Source: an uncultured Actinomycetes bacterium
GTDB taxonomy: Bacteria; Actinomycetota; Acidimicrobiia; Spongiisociales; DATADW01
NCBI GenBank assembly: GCA_963758695.1
Contig: CAVWWM010000010.1
Location: 35,350-99,349 of the forward strand
Length of the DNA: 64,000 nucleotides
Direction of reading: 5' to 3'
Shown here: in pieces, positions 7,304 to 18,305 of the stretch
Layout: the number at the start of each line of letters is the position of its first letter
Position numbering within the stretch: position 1 is the stretch's first letter
Position numbers and translations under genes: made by a program
Notes under the pieces: generated by a model
Told to the model about the DNA's origin: nothing
Database searches by the model: none
Seen by the model: only the letters and a program-made list of their open reading frames with translations

Positions 7304-10300
7304 GTGGCCGAGACTGCGAGAGAGTGGCGGGTCGGCCCGAGCGATTGGCCGCAGGCGGTGGCCGATGTCGAGGGCCCTCAGTTGGTGGTCGCCGGGCCGG
7401 GGACCGGGAAGACCGAGTTCCTCGTCCGCCGTGCCCTCCATCTCATACGAAGCGAGATCGCTTCGCCCGACCAGGTCCTAGTGCTCACCTTCTCGCGGCG
7501 CGCCGCCGCCGAGTTGGGCCGCCGCATCGTAGGGGGCCTGGACCGGTCGCATCCGGGCGCAGCCGCCTCGACGTTCCATTCGTTCAGTTACCGCCTTCTC
7601 GAAACCTACGCCCCCACAACGCTCGGCTGGTCCGATATGCCCACCCTCCTGACCGGGCCCGAGCAGGTGGCCCTGGTTGGCGAGCTGTTGCGAGGTGAAA
7701 GCCCCGATGGATGGCCGCCGGCGCTGCGCGGCCTCCTCAGCACCCGGACCTTCGCCGAAGAGGTCACCGATTTCCTGCTCCGCTCCCGCGAGTTCCTCTT
7801 GGACGAGGCTGCACTCTCCGCGAGGTGCGCCGCCAACGAGGACTGGTCGGCACTCCCCTCGTTCGACAAGAAATACCGGAACGAACTGATCGGCCGTGGC
7901 CGGATCGACTACGGCACCCTGCTCGAGGCGGCGGTCGAGATCCTCCAGCGACCAGAGGTAAACACCGCGCTGGCCGAGCAGGACCGATATGTGCTCGTTG
8001 ACGAGTACCAGGACACGACCACAGTCCAGGCGAGGATGCTGCAACTCCTCACCGCCGTTCACCGCCGGCTCACCGCAGCAGCCGATCCCTACCAGTCGGT
8101 TTACAGCTTCCGCGGCGCCGAACTCCAGAACGTGGCTCGGTTCACCACCGACTTCCGAGACAGCGAGGGGCGGCCCGCCAAAAGGCTGGTGCTCACCACG
8201 TCGTTCAGGGTGCCGGCGGAGATACTGGTTGCTGCCGAGCGGATCACCGCAGGCGGCGAGTTGCCCGGTGCGGCGGGGCCGGTGACCCCGGCGCCGCATG
8301 CCGGGAGGGTTGAGGCGTATCTCTTCGCCCAGCAATCCGAAGAGGCCGAATGGATTGCGCGTGAGGTGAACCGTCTCCACCTCATGGAGCGGATGCCGTT
8401 CGCCGCCATGGCGGTTCTGGTTAGGACGAAGAGGCGCTTCCTCCCCGAGTTGTCGCGCGCCCTCGATCGGATTGGCATCCCCCACGATCCGCCCGATGCC
8501 CGCCTGGTCGATCAGGCGGCGGTGCGTGTCGTCTTCGATTGCGCCCTCGCCGCCCGCCACCAGAGGTCGTCCGCGCCTGGCCACGCCGCCGAAGCAGACC
8601 GTGCGATGCGACGACTTCTCCTCGGCCCTCTTTTCACGCTCCCTCTGGGGGTGGAACGCGAGTTGTTGCGGGAACGGGTCCGATCGGGTCTCCCGTGGAG
8701 CGATGTCCTCAGGGCGAACCTGCCCGCCGGGGGCGCCCTGGCTGAACTCCTGGACGACCACTCCTGGCTCGACATGCAGGCGGCCGAGGGCTTCTGGCAC
8801 CTCTGGACCACCCTCCCCCAATTCGCCACAGCGGTGAAAGACCCCGCCCGACGCGAGGAGAGGTCGGCCTGGGCGGCGTTCGCCCAGGCGCTGGAGCGGC
8901 AGGCGGATCGAGACCCCAAGCTCACCTTCTCCGCATATCTGGACCTCGCCGAGCAGGATGACTTCGAGGCGACGCCGCTTCTGAGCTATCGGCCCCATGG
9001 TGAGGACAGGCTCACCTTGACCACCCTTCATCAAGCGAAGGGACTCGAGTTCGACGTGGTGTTCCTCGCCGATGCGGTCGAGGGGGTCTTTCCGGACATG
9101 AGGCGCAGCCGGTCCCTACTCAGGCCCCATCTGCTCTCACCCGATCGCTCGGATGATCCCGCCGACGTGGTGCGGTTCCGGCTCCAAGAGGAGATGAGGC
9201 TGGCCTATACCGCCATGACCAGGGCGCGAACCCGTGTGGTGTGGACAGCGACCAGGGCTGGAATCGACGAGGGCGAGCGGCGTCCCAGTCGTTTCCTCAT
9301 CGCTGCCGGCGACCTCGATGACACCGATGCGGCGCTCTCACCTCCCCAACTCGGCCCGCTCACGGTTGCCGAGCACGAGGCCGTGCTCAGACGTCTTGTG
9401 CTCGATCCATCACAGCCTGCATCGTCCCGTCTCGCGGCCGCTTCGGTGCTGGCCTCGGAGCCGCATTCCGGGATGCGGCCCGCCAGCGAGTTCGCCTTCG
9501 TCCGTCGTCCCGGGCCAGATACGGGACTGGTCCCGGAGGATCTCAGGCTCTCGCCCTCGCAGGCGGACTCCTACAGGCAGTGCCCCAGGAGATACGCCTT
9601 CGAGCGCCGGCTCGGAGTGGGCAACGAGTCGTCGATCTACGCCGCATTCGGCACGCTGATCCATCTGGTACTCGAGCGGACCGAAGAAGCGGCATTGGAG
9701 GCGGGTCTCGCGCACGGGACCGTGGAGAGAGCGATGGAGGAACTCGATCTCGCCTGGCCCGACGTGGAGGGGGACTTCGGTGCCGAAGCTTTCGCCGAGG
9801 CATGGAGGCGGAGGGCCGAGGTGCTGATCGAGTCGATGTACGCCAACTGGATCCGGCCGGGTGACTCGGTCGTCGCCAACGAGCGCTCGGTGGCACTGCG
9901 GATGGACGGAATCGATTGGATGGGGAGGATCGACCGGGTCGAGGCCATCGGACCGGGACGGCTGAGGCTGGTCGACTACAAGACTTCAAAGTCTGCGCCG
10001 ACCTATGGGGATGCCGCCGAGGCACTGCAGCTTGGCTTCTACCTGTTGGCGGCGCAGTCCGACCCGGCGATTTCCGCACTTGGCGAGCCGGTGGAAGCCG
10101 AGTTCTGGTATCCGGCAATTGACTCCCCGAAGAAGATCCGGCCATTCAATCCAGACAAGCTGGAATCAGTCGGTGCGCTGCTGACCGAGGCCGCCGACGG
10201 GATCAAATCTGAGAATTGGGGATACCGCGCCGGCCCCCATTGCCGGACTTGCCGGGTGAGGGTGGTTTGCCCGGCATGGCCCGAAGGTCGGGAGGCCTAC

Positions 10301-10309
10301 GCCCGATGA
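7304..10309 (+). CDS. adnA: UvrD-like helicase with RecB-type nuclease (AdnA-like)
   Basis: AGPGTGKT, VDEYQD, TLHQAKGLEF, LAYTAMTRA; nuclease GRIDR..DYKT with four Cys. Confidence 0.85.
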   Translation: MAETAREWRVGPSDWPQAVADVEGPQLVVAGPGTGKTEFLVRRALHLIRSEIASPDQVLVLTFSRRAAAELGRRIVGGLDRSHPGAAASTFHSFSYRLLETYAPTTLGWSDMPTLLTGPEQVALVGELLRGESPDGWPPALRGLLSTRTFAEEVTDFLLRSREFLLDEAALSARCAANEDWSALPSFDKKYRNELIGRGRIDYGTLLEAAVEILQRPEVNTALAEQDRYVLVDEYQDTTTVQARMLQLLTAVHRRLTAAADPYQSVYSFRGAELQNVARFTTDFRDSEGRPAKRLVLTTSFRVPAEILVAAERITAGGELPGAAGPVTPAPHAGRVEAYLFAQQSEEAEWIAREVNRLHLMERMPFAAMAVLVRTKRRFLPELSRALDRIGIPHDPPDARLVDQAAVRVVFDCALAARHQRSSAPGHAAEADRAMRRLLLGPLFTLPLGVERELLRERVRSGLPWSDVLRANLPAGGALAELLDDHSWLDMQAAEGFWHLWTTLPQFATAVKDPARREERSAWAAFAQALERQADRDPKLTFSAYLDLAEQDDFEATPLLSYRPHGEDRLTLTTLHQAKGLEFDVVFLADAVEGVFPDMRRSRSLLRPHLLSPDRSDDPADVVRFRLQEEMRLAYTAMTRARTRVVWTATRAGIDEGERRPSRFLIAAGDLDDTDAALSPPQLGPLTVAEHEAVLRRLVLDPSQPASSRLAAASVLASEPHSGMRPASEFAFVRRPGPDTGLVPEDLRLSPSQADSYRQCPRRYAFERRLGVGNESSIYAAFGTLIHLVLERTEEAALEAGLAHGTVERAMEELDLAWPDVEGDFGAEAFAEAWRRRAEVLIESMYANWIRPGDSVVANERSVALRMDGIDWMGRIDRVEAIGPGRLRLVDYKTSKSAPTYGDAAEALQLGFYLLAAQSDPAISALGEPVEAEFWYPAIDSPKKIRPFNPDKLESVGALLTEAADGIKSENWGYRAGPHCRTCRVRVVCPAWPEGREAYAR

Positions 10310-13300
10310 CGAAGGAGTACTCCTTCACCCCGAGCACCGAGCAGGCGGCGGTGATCAACCGGCCCATGGAACCGCTGAGGGTCGATGCCGGAGCAGGGAC
10401 AGGCAAGACAGCAACGCTCGCCGGCAGGATCGTGCACCTGGTCGAGAGGGGCGAGGTCGAGCCAGAACAGGTGCTCGGCATCACCTTCACCAACAAGGCG
10501 GCGGGCGAGTTGGCGGATCGCATCCGGACCGCCCTGGGAGATGCCGTCGGTCCGGGCCGCGAGGTCGAGGTGCACACCTATCACGGCTTTGCCGCCCGTC
10601 TTCTCGAGCAATACGGAGCGCTGGTGGGCGTGGAGAGCGATGCGCGGATCGTCACCCCCACATTTGCTCGTCAGTTGATGGAGGACGCCCTGGCCGGTGG
10701 CAGCTACCGGTTGCTCGACCTGACCAACCGTGCCTACACCGTGAACAAGCTCGCCAGGCTGGCCGGCCAGCTCGGCGACAATCTCCTCACCCCCACCATG
10801 GCGATCAAGGTCGTTCCTGTCGAGACCGACGACATTTGGGACGAGCGGCGCGAGTTGCTGGAGACGCTGGAGCGGTACTGGAGCGAGAAGACCCGGATGC
10901 GAGTGGTCGATTACGCCGACCTGATCGAGAGGGCGGCGAAGCTGGTCGAGGAGCATCCGGAAATCGCCAAGCGGGTGGCGGACCGCTACCGGGTCGTACT
11001 GCTCGACGAGTACCAGGACACCAACCCGGCGCAGCGGGAGATGCTCCGGGGGTTGTTCGCCGGCGGGTACTCGGTGACGGCGGTCGGTGACCCAGACCAG
11101 ACGATCTACGAGTGGCGGGGGGCATCCCTGGAGAATTTCGCCGGGTTCCCCGGGCACTTCCCACTCCGGGGCGGCGGCGAGGCGGCGACGCTTCCCCTCA
11201 CTCTCAACCGCCGCTCGGGGAGCGCCATCCTCGATCTGGCCAACGACGTCAGAGACAAGATCGACGAGCGCGCTCGGAAGCCGCTCCAGCCGGTGCCGGG
11301 GACCCCGCCCGGCGAGATAACCGTGAGTTGGTCGACCAACGCCATCGACGAGGCGGAGAAGATCGCAACCATCATGAGATCGCTCCACGACGATGGGATT
11401 GCCTGGCGGGATATGGCGGTGCTCTTCCGTAAGAACAAGGACATCGCGATCGTCCACGACGCCCTCGAGGAGCATGGGATCCCAGTCGAGGTGGCCAACC
11501 TGGGCGGACTGCTCGGCATCCCCGAGGTGGCCGATGTCCACGCCTGGCTACGCATCCTCGGTGACCCCGACGAGAGCCCCTCCTTGATGAGGATTCTCAC
11601 GGGTAGCCGCTTCCGGCTGGGATTGGGAGACATCGCCCCGTTGGCGCGGTGGGTCCGGGCGCATCGGCCGACTCGCTCATCCGAGGGCGAGCCCGAGGGA
11701 CCGCTCCCCCCCGCCGGGTTGCTCGAGGCGGTGGATCATCTCGAAGAGATCCAAGGTCTGCGCTCGGGCGCCATCGAGTCGCTCGGACAGTTCAGAGACC
11801 TGTTCCGGGACCTGATCCGGGCCGCTCAGGGTGAGAGCCTGGTCGAGTTGACGCGTCAGATCCTCGACAAGACCGGCGCCTGGCAGGAGGTCGAGGCGAT
11901 GACAGACGCCCACAGGCTCTCGGCGCGGCTCAACCTCTACCGGTTCCTCGACCTCGCCGAGGAGTGGTCGCCGCTCGAGGGCCGTCCCTCGCTTCAGGCA
12001 TTCCTCGACCACCTCACCTTGATGCTGGAGAACCAGACAGAGGAACTCGACACCGCCCGGCTCAGCGGCGAGGACGCAGTGGCGCTGCTCACCGTCCACC
12101 GGGCCAAGGGACTCGAGTGGCCGGCCGTGTTCATCCCGGCGCTCTACGAGCGCAACTTCCCCAGCACGTCGGGGGGCTTCGACGACCCATACAAGTTCGC
12201 CTCGCTGCTCCCCTATCAGTTGCTGCTCGACTCCTCTTCGCTCCCCCCCATCACCCCCGACATGGCCGAGAGAGACCGCTCCAACCTGCTCCGGATCAGG
12301 CACGCGGCACAGGAATGGCGCGTCGCATATGTCGCCGTGACCAGGGCCAAACAACGTCTCCACATGAGCGGCGCCCACTGGTATGGGTCCCCCGAGCCGA
12401 CTAAGAACTCGGTTAAACCGAGCCCGCTTTTTCTCCTGGGGTGCTCCCACGCCGGCGAAGACGTCACCGAACTGGTCGGATCGCCGCCAGACAGACCTCC
12501 GCTGCTCAGATATGACAAAGCCGTCGATGGCGCTCCCGACCCGGTGTTCCCAAATGGCTGGAACGACGGCTTGCGCGCCGTGATCGACGACAACCGATGG
12601 GCGGCAGACCGCGCCGCCGAGTTGGGCGTCACCGCAGCCTTCGACCACGACCTCGAGGAGTTCCAACAACGTCTCTTCCGGATCCCAGAGCCTGCCGTAT
12701 CCGATGGACCACCCGGTCCGTCGCAGATGAGCGTCTCGTCGCTCGTCACCTATGCCGAATGCCCGCTCCGCTACTACTGGTCGGCTGTCGACCGGCTCCC
12801 CCGGCGGCCGTCTGCGGCAGCGCGACGAGGAGTCGATGTCCACCGGCGGATCGAACTCCACAACATGGGAGCGGTACCGCTCGACGATCGCGAGATCGAC
12901 AACTACGACATCACCCCGGCCGACCTGGAGACCGGCGATCGGGCAACCGACCCATACGAGTCCTTCCGCTCGTCGCGCTTCGCCACGGCTCGTCCCCTGC
13001 TGGTCGAGGCGCCCTTCGATCTCAGACTGGACGATGGGACCATCGTCCGCGGCCGGATCGACGCGGTGTACGGCGACGCCACCGCATGGGAGGTGGTGGA
13101 TTTCAAGTCGGGCCGGCCCCGTTCGGACCCCGCCCGCCGCGTCCAACTCCAGGCGTACGCGGTGGCGGTTCGCGACGAGGCTGTGGCACTCAGGCCCCCG
13201 AGCTCGCTTGCGGTGACCTTCGCCTATCTGGGCGACGGCCTTACGGAGGTGACCGAGCAGGCCGACGACGAATGGGTGACCGAGGCGCGCCAGCGGATCG

Positions 13301-13422
13301 ACCTGATCACAAAGGGCATCGCCGAGGAGGTTTTCGATCCGATCCCTTCGGAGGCATGCGCCCATTGCGACTTTCTGACGTTTTGCGCCACGGGACAGGC
13401 CTTCATGGCGGAAACCAGATGA
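10306..13422 (+). CDS. adnB: UvrD-like helicase with RecB-type nuclease (AdnB-like)
   Basis: ATGA overlap with adnA; AGAGTGKT, LDEYQD, TVHRAKGLEW, YVAVTRAK, RGRIDAV..DFKSG. Confidence 0.87.
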   Translation: MTKEYSFTPSTEQAAVINRPMEPLRVDAGAGTGKTATLAGRIVHLVERGEVEPEQVLGITFTNKAAGELADRIRTALGDAVGPGREVEVHTYHGFAARLLEQYGALVGVESDARIVTPTFARQLMEDALAGGSYRLLDLTNRAYTVNKLARLAGQLGDNLLTPTMAIKVVPVETDDIWDERRELLETLERYWSEKTRMRVVDYADLIERAAKLVEEHPEIAKRVADRYRVVLLDEYQDTNPAQREMLRGLFAGGYSVTAVGDPDQTIYEWRGASLENFAGFPGHFPLRGGGEAATLPLTLNRRSGSAILDLANDVRDKIDERARKPLQPVPGTPPGEITVSWSTNAIDEAEKIATIMRSLHDDGIAWRDMAVLFRKNKDIAIVHDALEEHGIPVEVANLGGLLGIPEVADVHAWLRILGDPDESPSLMRILTGSRFRLGLGDIAPLARWVRAHRPTRSSEGEPEGPLPPAGLLEAVDHLEEIQGLRSGAIESLGQFRDLFRDLIRAAQGESLVELTRQILDKTGAWQEVEAMTDAHRLSARLNLYRFLDLAEEWSPLEGRPSLQAFLDHLTLMLENQTEELDTARLSGEDAVALLTVHRAKGLEWPAVFIPALYERNFPSTSGGFDDPYKFASLLPYQLLLDSSSLPPITPDMAERDRSNLLRIRHAAQEWRVAYVAVTRAKQRLHMSGAHWYGSPEPTKNSVKPSPLFLLGCSHAGEDVTELVGSPPDRPPLLRYDKAVDGAPDPVFPNGWNDGLRAVIDDNRWAADRAAELGVTAAFDHDLEEFQQRLFRIPEPAVSDGPPGPSQMSVSSLVTYAECPLRYYWSAVDRLPRRPSAAARRGVDVHRRIELHNMGAVPLDDREIDNYDITPADLETGDRATDPYESFRSSRFATARPLLVEAPFDLRLDDGTIVRGRIDAVYGDATAWEVVDFKSGRPRSDPARRVQLQAYAVAVRDEAVALRPPSSLAVTFAYLGDGLTEVTEQADDEWVTEARQRIDLITKGIAEEVFDPIPSEACAHCDFLTFCATGQAFMAETR

Positions 13423-14033
13423 TCCTCGTGGCGGCTGCTCTCGCTGGAGCACTTGCCGGGTCCGCCCCGTCCATCGCCGTCCACCTGACGCACCGCCAGC
13501 AGGCCGGAGCACCCGACCGATCGATCCGGCCGATGCTGTGGGCGGCGCTCGAGGTCGCCGGGGGCATGGTCGCCGCTTTCGCCGGACGGCTGGTGGCGGA
13601 CGACATCGGTGGCTTGGTGGCGGGTGCCGCTGCGGTGCTGGCCGACATCATGGTCCCGTCGCTCTGGCCGAGAGAAGACGACCCCCGCGCCTCCGCCGGT
13701 CCCGGCGGGGGGCTGGGGATGGCGGGTGGTGCGCTCGTGGTGTTGTGGCCGGTGGGCGCTCTGGTGTGGGCGGCGGCGCTCACCCTGACCTACCGGATTA
13801 CCCACAGCCTGTCGCGGGCGGTTGTGACGAGCGCCCTGGTGTTGCTGGCGGTGGTGGCGGCTTGGGGCTGGTTCGGCTTGGCCAACTTCTGGGGCGTCGA
13901 GCCCGGTCCGGGGTTGATGCTGGCGGTGCTCACGATGACGATGCTGCTCGGCTTCAGGTTTCTGCGCGACCCGCGCACCGGTGAGCCCGGAGAAGGTGCC
14001 TCCGACCCCATGGGTTGGTCAACACCCGAATAG
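13419..14033 (+). CDS. Membrane protein resembling a degenerate PlsY
   Basis: ATGA overlap with adnB; MILVAAALAGALAGSAP start, several TM segments, PlsY-like spacing with altered motifs. Confidence 0.6.
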   Translation: MILVAAALAGALAGSAPSIAVHLTHRQQAGAPDRSIRPMLWAALEVAGGMVAAFAGRLVADDIGGLVAGAAAVLADIMVPSLWPREDDPRASAGPGGGLGMAGGALVVLWPVGALVWAAALTLTYRITHSLSRAVVTSALVLLAVVAAWGWFGLANFWGVEPGPGLMLAVLTMTMLLGFRFLRDPRTGEPGEGASDPMGWSTPE

Positions 14034-14051
14034 CTCCTCGCCGGCCACAAG

Positions 14052-14507
14052 TCACTGAATTCGGCCGTCGCCGACCTCGATCACCAGCGTCACCGGGCCC
14101 TCGTTGACCAAGCGGACCCTCATAGTGGCGCCGAATAGGCCGCTCGAGGCGGGAATACCTCTCCGGTGGAGACCTTCGACGACGGACTCCACGATCCCCC
14201 GGGCCTTCGCCGGTGGGGCGGCGGCGGCGAAGGACGGGCGCCTGCCTTTTCGCACCGTTCCCAACAGCGTGAACTGACTCACCACCAGGACCGATCCACC
14301 GGTGTCGAGCAGCGACAGGTTCATCAGTCCCTGCTCGTCGGACATGACCCTCAGGTTGGCCACCTTTTCCGCCAAGGCCTCGGCGTCGGCTTCGCCGTCT
14401 CCATGACCCACTGCGACGAGCACCAACAAGCCGGCGCCTATTTCGGCGACAGTCGCGCCATCGACCTCGACCGCCGCTTCCGAGACGCGCTGGACCACCA
14501 CCCGCAT
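14052..14507 (-). CDS. dtd: D-aminoacyl-tRNA deacylase
   Basis: MRVVVQRVSEA, SQFTL, GRRPSF, NEGPVT motifs. Confidence 0.96.
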   Translation of the reverse strand: MRVVVQRVSEAAVEVDGATVAEIGAGLLVLVAVGHGDGEADAEALAEKVANLRVMSDEQGLMNLSLLDTGGSVLVVSQFTLLGTVRKGRRPSFAAAAPPAKARGIVESVVEGLHRRGIPASSGLFGATMRVRLVNEGPVTLVIEVGDGRIQ

Positions 14508-14580
14508 CGTGTGATGTTGCCACCCCGGACCCACGCCCCCGTCCCGGCCGCCGCCGACGACCGGGGCATACACTCATTGC

Positions 14581-16970
14581 ATGGTCGCCACCACCGGCAG
14601 GGCACTCGAGGGTTCCGTGCCCGAGCCGGGTTGGCCGGCGGAGGTGACCGATATCACGGTTTGCCTGCTCGACGCCTCGTCCGAGTTCGAACATCGGCTG
14701 CTCGAGGCCTGGATCGATCGACATCGCCCCAACGGGTCCCATGTCGAGGTGATCGACGTCCCTTCGTCACGCCGCCGGCGGTTCCGGCGGATCGATCCTC
14801 GACTCGAGGCCCGGCTCAATCGGGATGACGACCCATGGCTGCTTCCTCTGCGCATCGCCTGGCTGCCGCCCCTCCGGCGCGGGAAGCGCACTTCCAACAT
14901 GATCGACGCACTGAAGTTGGGCGACCCAAGAGATCCGGATTTCCTCAGGCAACGCGTCATCTATGCGCAGCACCCGGACAGGTGCGTGGTCGTCGTCGCC
15001 GAACCGGCCACTGCAGGGCGGATCCGCGCCGACCATGCCGAGGCGGTGGAGCCCGAGCACCTCGACCGCTTCGTGGTCAGGCGCGCCATGCTGGCATTGG
15101 AGCGAGCCGAGCGCCGGCTCCGCGGCAACCGGTACAAGGTCCCAAAGTTCGTGATGGAGGACATCACGAGTCGTGGCTCGTTCCGCGACGAGTTGGTCCG
15201 GCTTGCGCCAATGGCGGGGATCGCACCGGAGCGGGCGATCGGACGCGGCGCCCGGTACCTCAGGGAGATCGCCGCCTCGCACAGCCCCTTCCTCATCGAC
15301 ATCATCGCCAACGCAATCCACTGGCTGTACCGGCAGGGCTACGGACGAATCGACTACGACACCGAGCAATTCCGCCAGCTATACCGGTTGGGAGAAGAGC
15401 ACCCGCTGGTGTTCCTTCCCTCGCACAAATCCCAGCTCGATCGGCTTTCGCTCCAGTACTCCCTGTGGGAGAACGACCTGCCACCGAACCACACGGCCGG
15501 CGGGATCAACATGAACTTCTTCCCGATCGGACCGCTCGTCCGCCGGACCGGTGTGTTCTTCATCCGCCGCAGCTTCAAGGACAACGCCATCTACAAATGG
15601 GTCCTGCAGAGCTATCTCGACTACCTGGTCGAGAAGCGGTTCTCCATCGAGTTCTACATCGAGGGGGGCAGATCTCGATCGGGCAAGCTGCTTCCTCCTC
15701 GTTTCGGGCTTCTCGCCTATCTCGTCGACTCATGGCGCCGGGGCAAGAGCGAGGACATCTACCTGATCCCGACGTCGATCGCCTACGACCAGATCCAGGA
15801 CGTCGGCTCCTATGCGGCTGAGCAACGCGGAGGGGAGAAGAGGGCCGAGAGCCTCGGTTGGGCGCTCGGCGCCATGCGACAGCTTCGAAGGCGCTACGGC
15901 GACATCTACATCAGGTTTGGCGAACCGGTCTCCGTCTCCAAGGAGCTAGCGGGGGCCGAGGAGACCGCCGAGCGTGACATCGACCTGCAGAAGCTGGCCT
16001 TCGAGGTGATGGTCCGCATCAACCGGGTGACCCCAATAACCGCCGCTTCGCTGGTAACCACGACGCTGCTGGCGCTCCAGGACCGAGCGGCAACGCTGGG
16101 TGAGATCACCGCCGAACTCGGCGAGTTGGTGGCCGACGTGGAACAGCGCTCTCTGCCGACCGCGGGCAGCATGCGACTAGGGGAACCGGACGAAGTCCGC
16201 AAGGTGCTCGAACTGCTGGCGGAGCACGACCTGGTGACGAGCTTCGCAGGGGGGACGGAGCCGCTCTATCTGATCACCCCCGAACAGCACATCGCAGCCG
16301 CCTTCTACCGCAACACGATCATTCACCACTTCGTTAATGGGGCGATAGCCGAAGTAGCCCTTTTGGGTGCAGACGAAGCCGCGCCGCCATCCGGTTTCTG
16401 GGACGACGCACTCGAACTGCGTGACCTACTCAAGTTCGAGTTCTTCTTTCCGCCCAAGGAGTCGTTTCTCGAGGAAATCCGCCAGGAAGTCGAGCGCCAG
16501 GTGCCCGGGTGGGAGCGCGGTTCGGAGACGGAGCACCGGTCATCGCCACGGTCGATCGGATGGCTCCCCTCAGGGCGCACTGGGTGCTCCGGCCATTCCT
16601 CGAGGCCTATCAGGTCGTCGCCGACGTCCTCGTGCGATACGACGCCCAGCCTGCGACCGACGAGAAGCACTTGCTCCAAGAGAGCCTGACGCTGGGCAAG
16701 CAGTATCGGATGCAACGCCGTATCGCCGCCGAAGAGTCGGTCTCACAACTGCTGTTTGGCAACGGGCTCAAGCTGGCGGCAAATCGGGGGTTGACCGAGG
16801 CAGCGCCCGACGTCGCCGACAAGAGGCTGGACTTCGCCCGCCAACTCGCCGAAGCACTGGACAGGGTGGACAAGATCGCGGCGTTGGCGGCGGGAAGACG
16901 CACCCGGGCATCCGGCCCGCCCCGAACCTGGTCCCCTCGGCTGGAAACGAATCCAAGTCCCGCTGATTAG
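14581..16970 (+). CDS. plsB: Glycerol-3-phosphate O-acyltransferase PlsB (frameshift near 16515)
   Basis: PSHKSQLD (HX4D), FFIRR, YIEGGRSRSGK; continues in ORF 16509-16970. Confidence 0.9.
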
Positions 16971-16981
16971 GGTCGGCGTCA

Positions 16982-17365
16982 ATGCTCGACCAGGAACTGA
17001 TCACGCTTGCCCAGGACAAGAACTTCGCCGTACTGAGCACCCTTATGCCGGACGGACATCCCGCGACTCAAGTGATGTGGGTAGACGCCGACGAGGATTC
17101 CATCCTGATCAACACCCAAGTTGACCGGCAGAAATGGCGCAACGTCCAGCGTGAACCGAGGGTGACGGTGACCATCTGGGACCGCACCGACCCGTATCAC
17201 TTCGCTGAGGTGCGGGGCAAGGTGACCGGCATCATTGAGGGGCAAGAGGCAAGGGATCACATCGATCACCTTTCGATGAAGTATCACGGTCACGAGTACC
17301 GCAACCCGGTCACGGCTCCCCGGGTGGTGCTTCGCGTCAGCCCCGACAAGGTGATCTGGCACTGA
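16982..17365 (+). CDS. PPOX-class F420-dependent oxidoreductase
   Basis: FAVLSTLMPDGHP..MWV, RQKWRNVQREPRV, EVRG. Confidence 0.88.
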   Translation: MLDQELITLAQDKNFAVLSTLMPDGHPATQVMWVDADEDSILINTQVDRQKWRNVQREPRVTVTIWDRTDPYHFAEVRGKVTGIIEGQEARDHIDHLSMKYHGHEYRNPVTAPRVVLRVSPDKVIWH

Positions 17366-17504
17366 AACGGGCTCACGCCCAACACTGCGTCAGGTAGTAG
17401 CCCTTCGACCCCCGTCTGGAACCACACATCCTGCCCGAGGCGGCGTGGCTAGCGTCAGGCCGGGAAGCGCCCCACAAGGGGGCGCCGCTACGGAGGGAGA
17501 TGCC

Positions 17505-18179
17505 ATGGCCTCGCGTGATAATTCGGCGCGCCGCATTCCGCTGCGCACCGCGATGCTGCTTGTCGCGGTGAGCGTGTTGGTTGCAGTGCCAACCGCGGTG
17601 CTCGCCGCCCATGTGTTCGACGACGTGCCCGACAGCAACACCTTCCACGACGACATCGCCTGGCTGGCCGACAACGAGGTCACGCTGGGTTGTGTCCCCG
17701 ACGGGAGCCTCTACTGCCCGAGCGAGGCGGTCACCCGACAGCAGATGGCCGGCTTCATGCGCCGACTCTCGGCGACATCCGGAGTGACCGGATTCCAGGT
17801 GGAGGACTTCGGCAGCGAGGTCGACATAACGTCGGACACGTTGGTCGAGTTGGGCGCAGTCACCGTCGACGCCAAGGGGCCCTCGGACGTGGTACTCACC
17901 GCCCATGCGTACCTGGAGAAGCCCGCCAGCGCCATCGAGCGATACCGGGTGATCATCGCCCGCGACGGGTGCGACGGCGAGGTTGTCGGCGCGACATTCC
18001 ACCGCCCACCTGATACCACAGCGACCGGTTTCACCGCTTTCACCATCTCACTCACCGGCTTTGATTCAGGGGTGTCTGGGAGCGTGAACTACGTCTTCTG
18101 CGCTGCCCAGTACGACGCCGGTCCCGACGTGTCTATCAACCAACGAGGCCTCATCGCCACCTGGGCACCGCAGCCCTGA
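17505..18179 (+). CDS. Secreted protein with S-layer homology-like domain
   Basis: Signal peptide, FDDVPDSNTFHDDIAWL...YCP...VTRQQMAGF; GGAGGGAG RBS. Confidence 0.8.
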   Translation: MASRDNSARRIPLRTAMLLVAVSVLVAVPTAVLAAHVFDDVPDSNTFHDDIAWLADNEVTLGCVPDGSLYCPSEAVTRQQMAGFMRRLSATSGVTGFQVEDFGSEVDITSDTLVELGAVTVDAKGPSDVVLTAHAYLEKPASAIERYRVIIARDGCDGEVVGATFHRPPDTTATGFTAFTISLTGFDSGVSGSVNYVFCAAQYDAGPDVSINQRGLIATWAPQP

Positions 18180-18276
18180 TCGACCAGGCTTGACCCCCTT
18201 GGGCCGCCCGGCCGGGCCGGCGGGTGGGACCGGGTCCGGACGGGCGGCCGATCAGGGGGCCTTTATCAGCTGGCTG

Positions 18277-18301
18277 GGTCAGCCGGGCGGGCCGGCTGAC
18301 C
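18277..18301. terminator. GC-rich hairpin between convergent genes
   Basis: GGTCAGCCGG-N5-CCGGCTGACC, 10-bp stem, no U-tract. Confidence 0.45.
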
Positions 18302-18305
18302 GAGT

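Noticed and set aside
7478-13512. Long antisense ORFs opposite adnAB (518, 414 and 611 aa) and similar ones elsewhere
   Set aside because: Expected by-product of high-GC codon usage opposite real genes; no recognisable domains.
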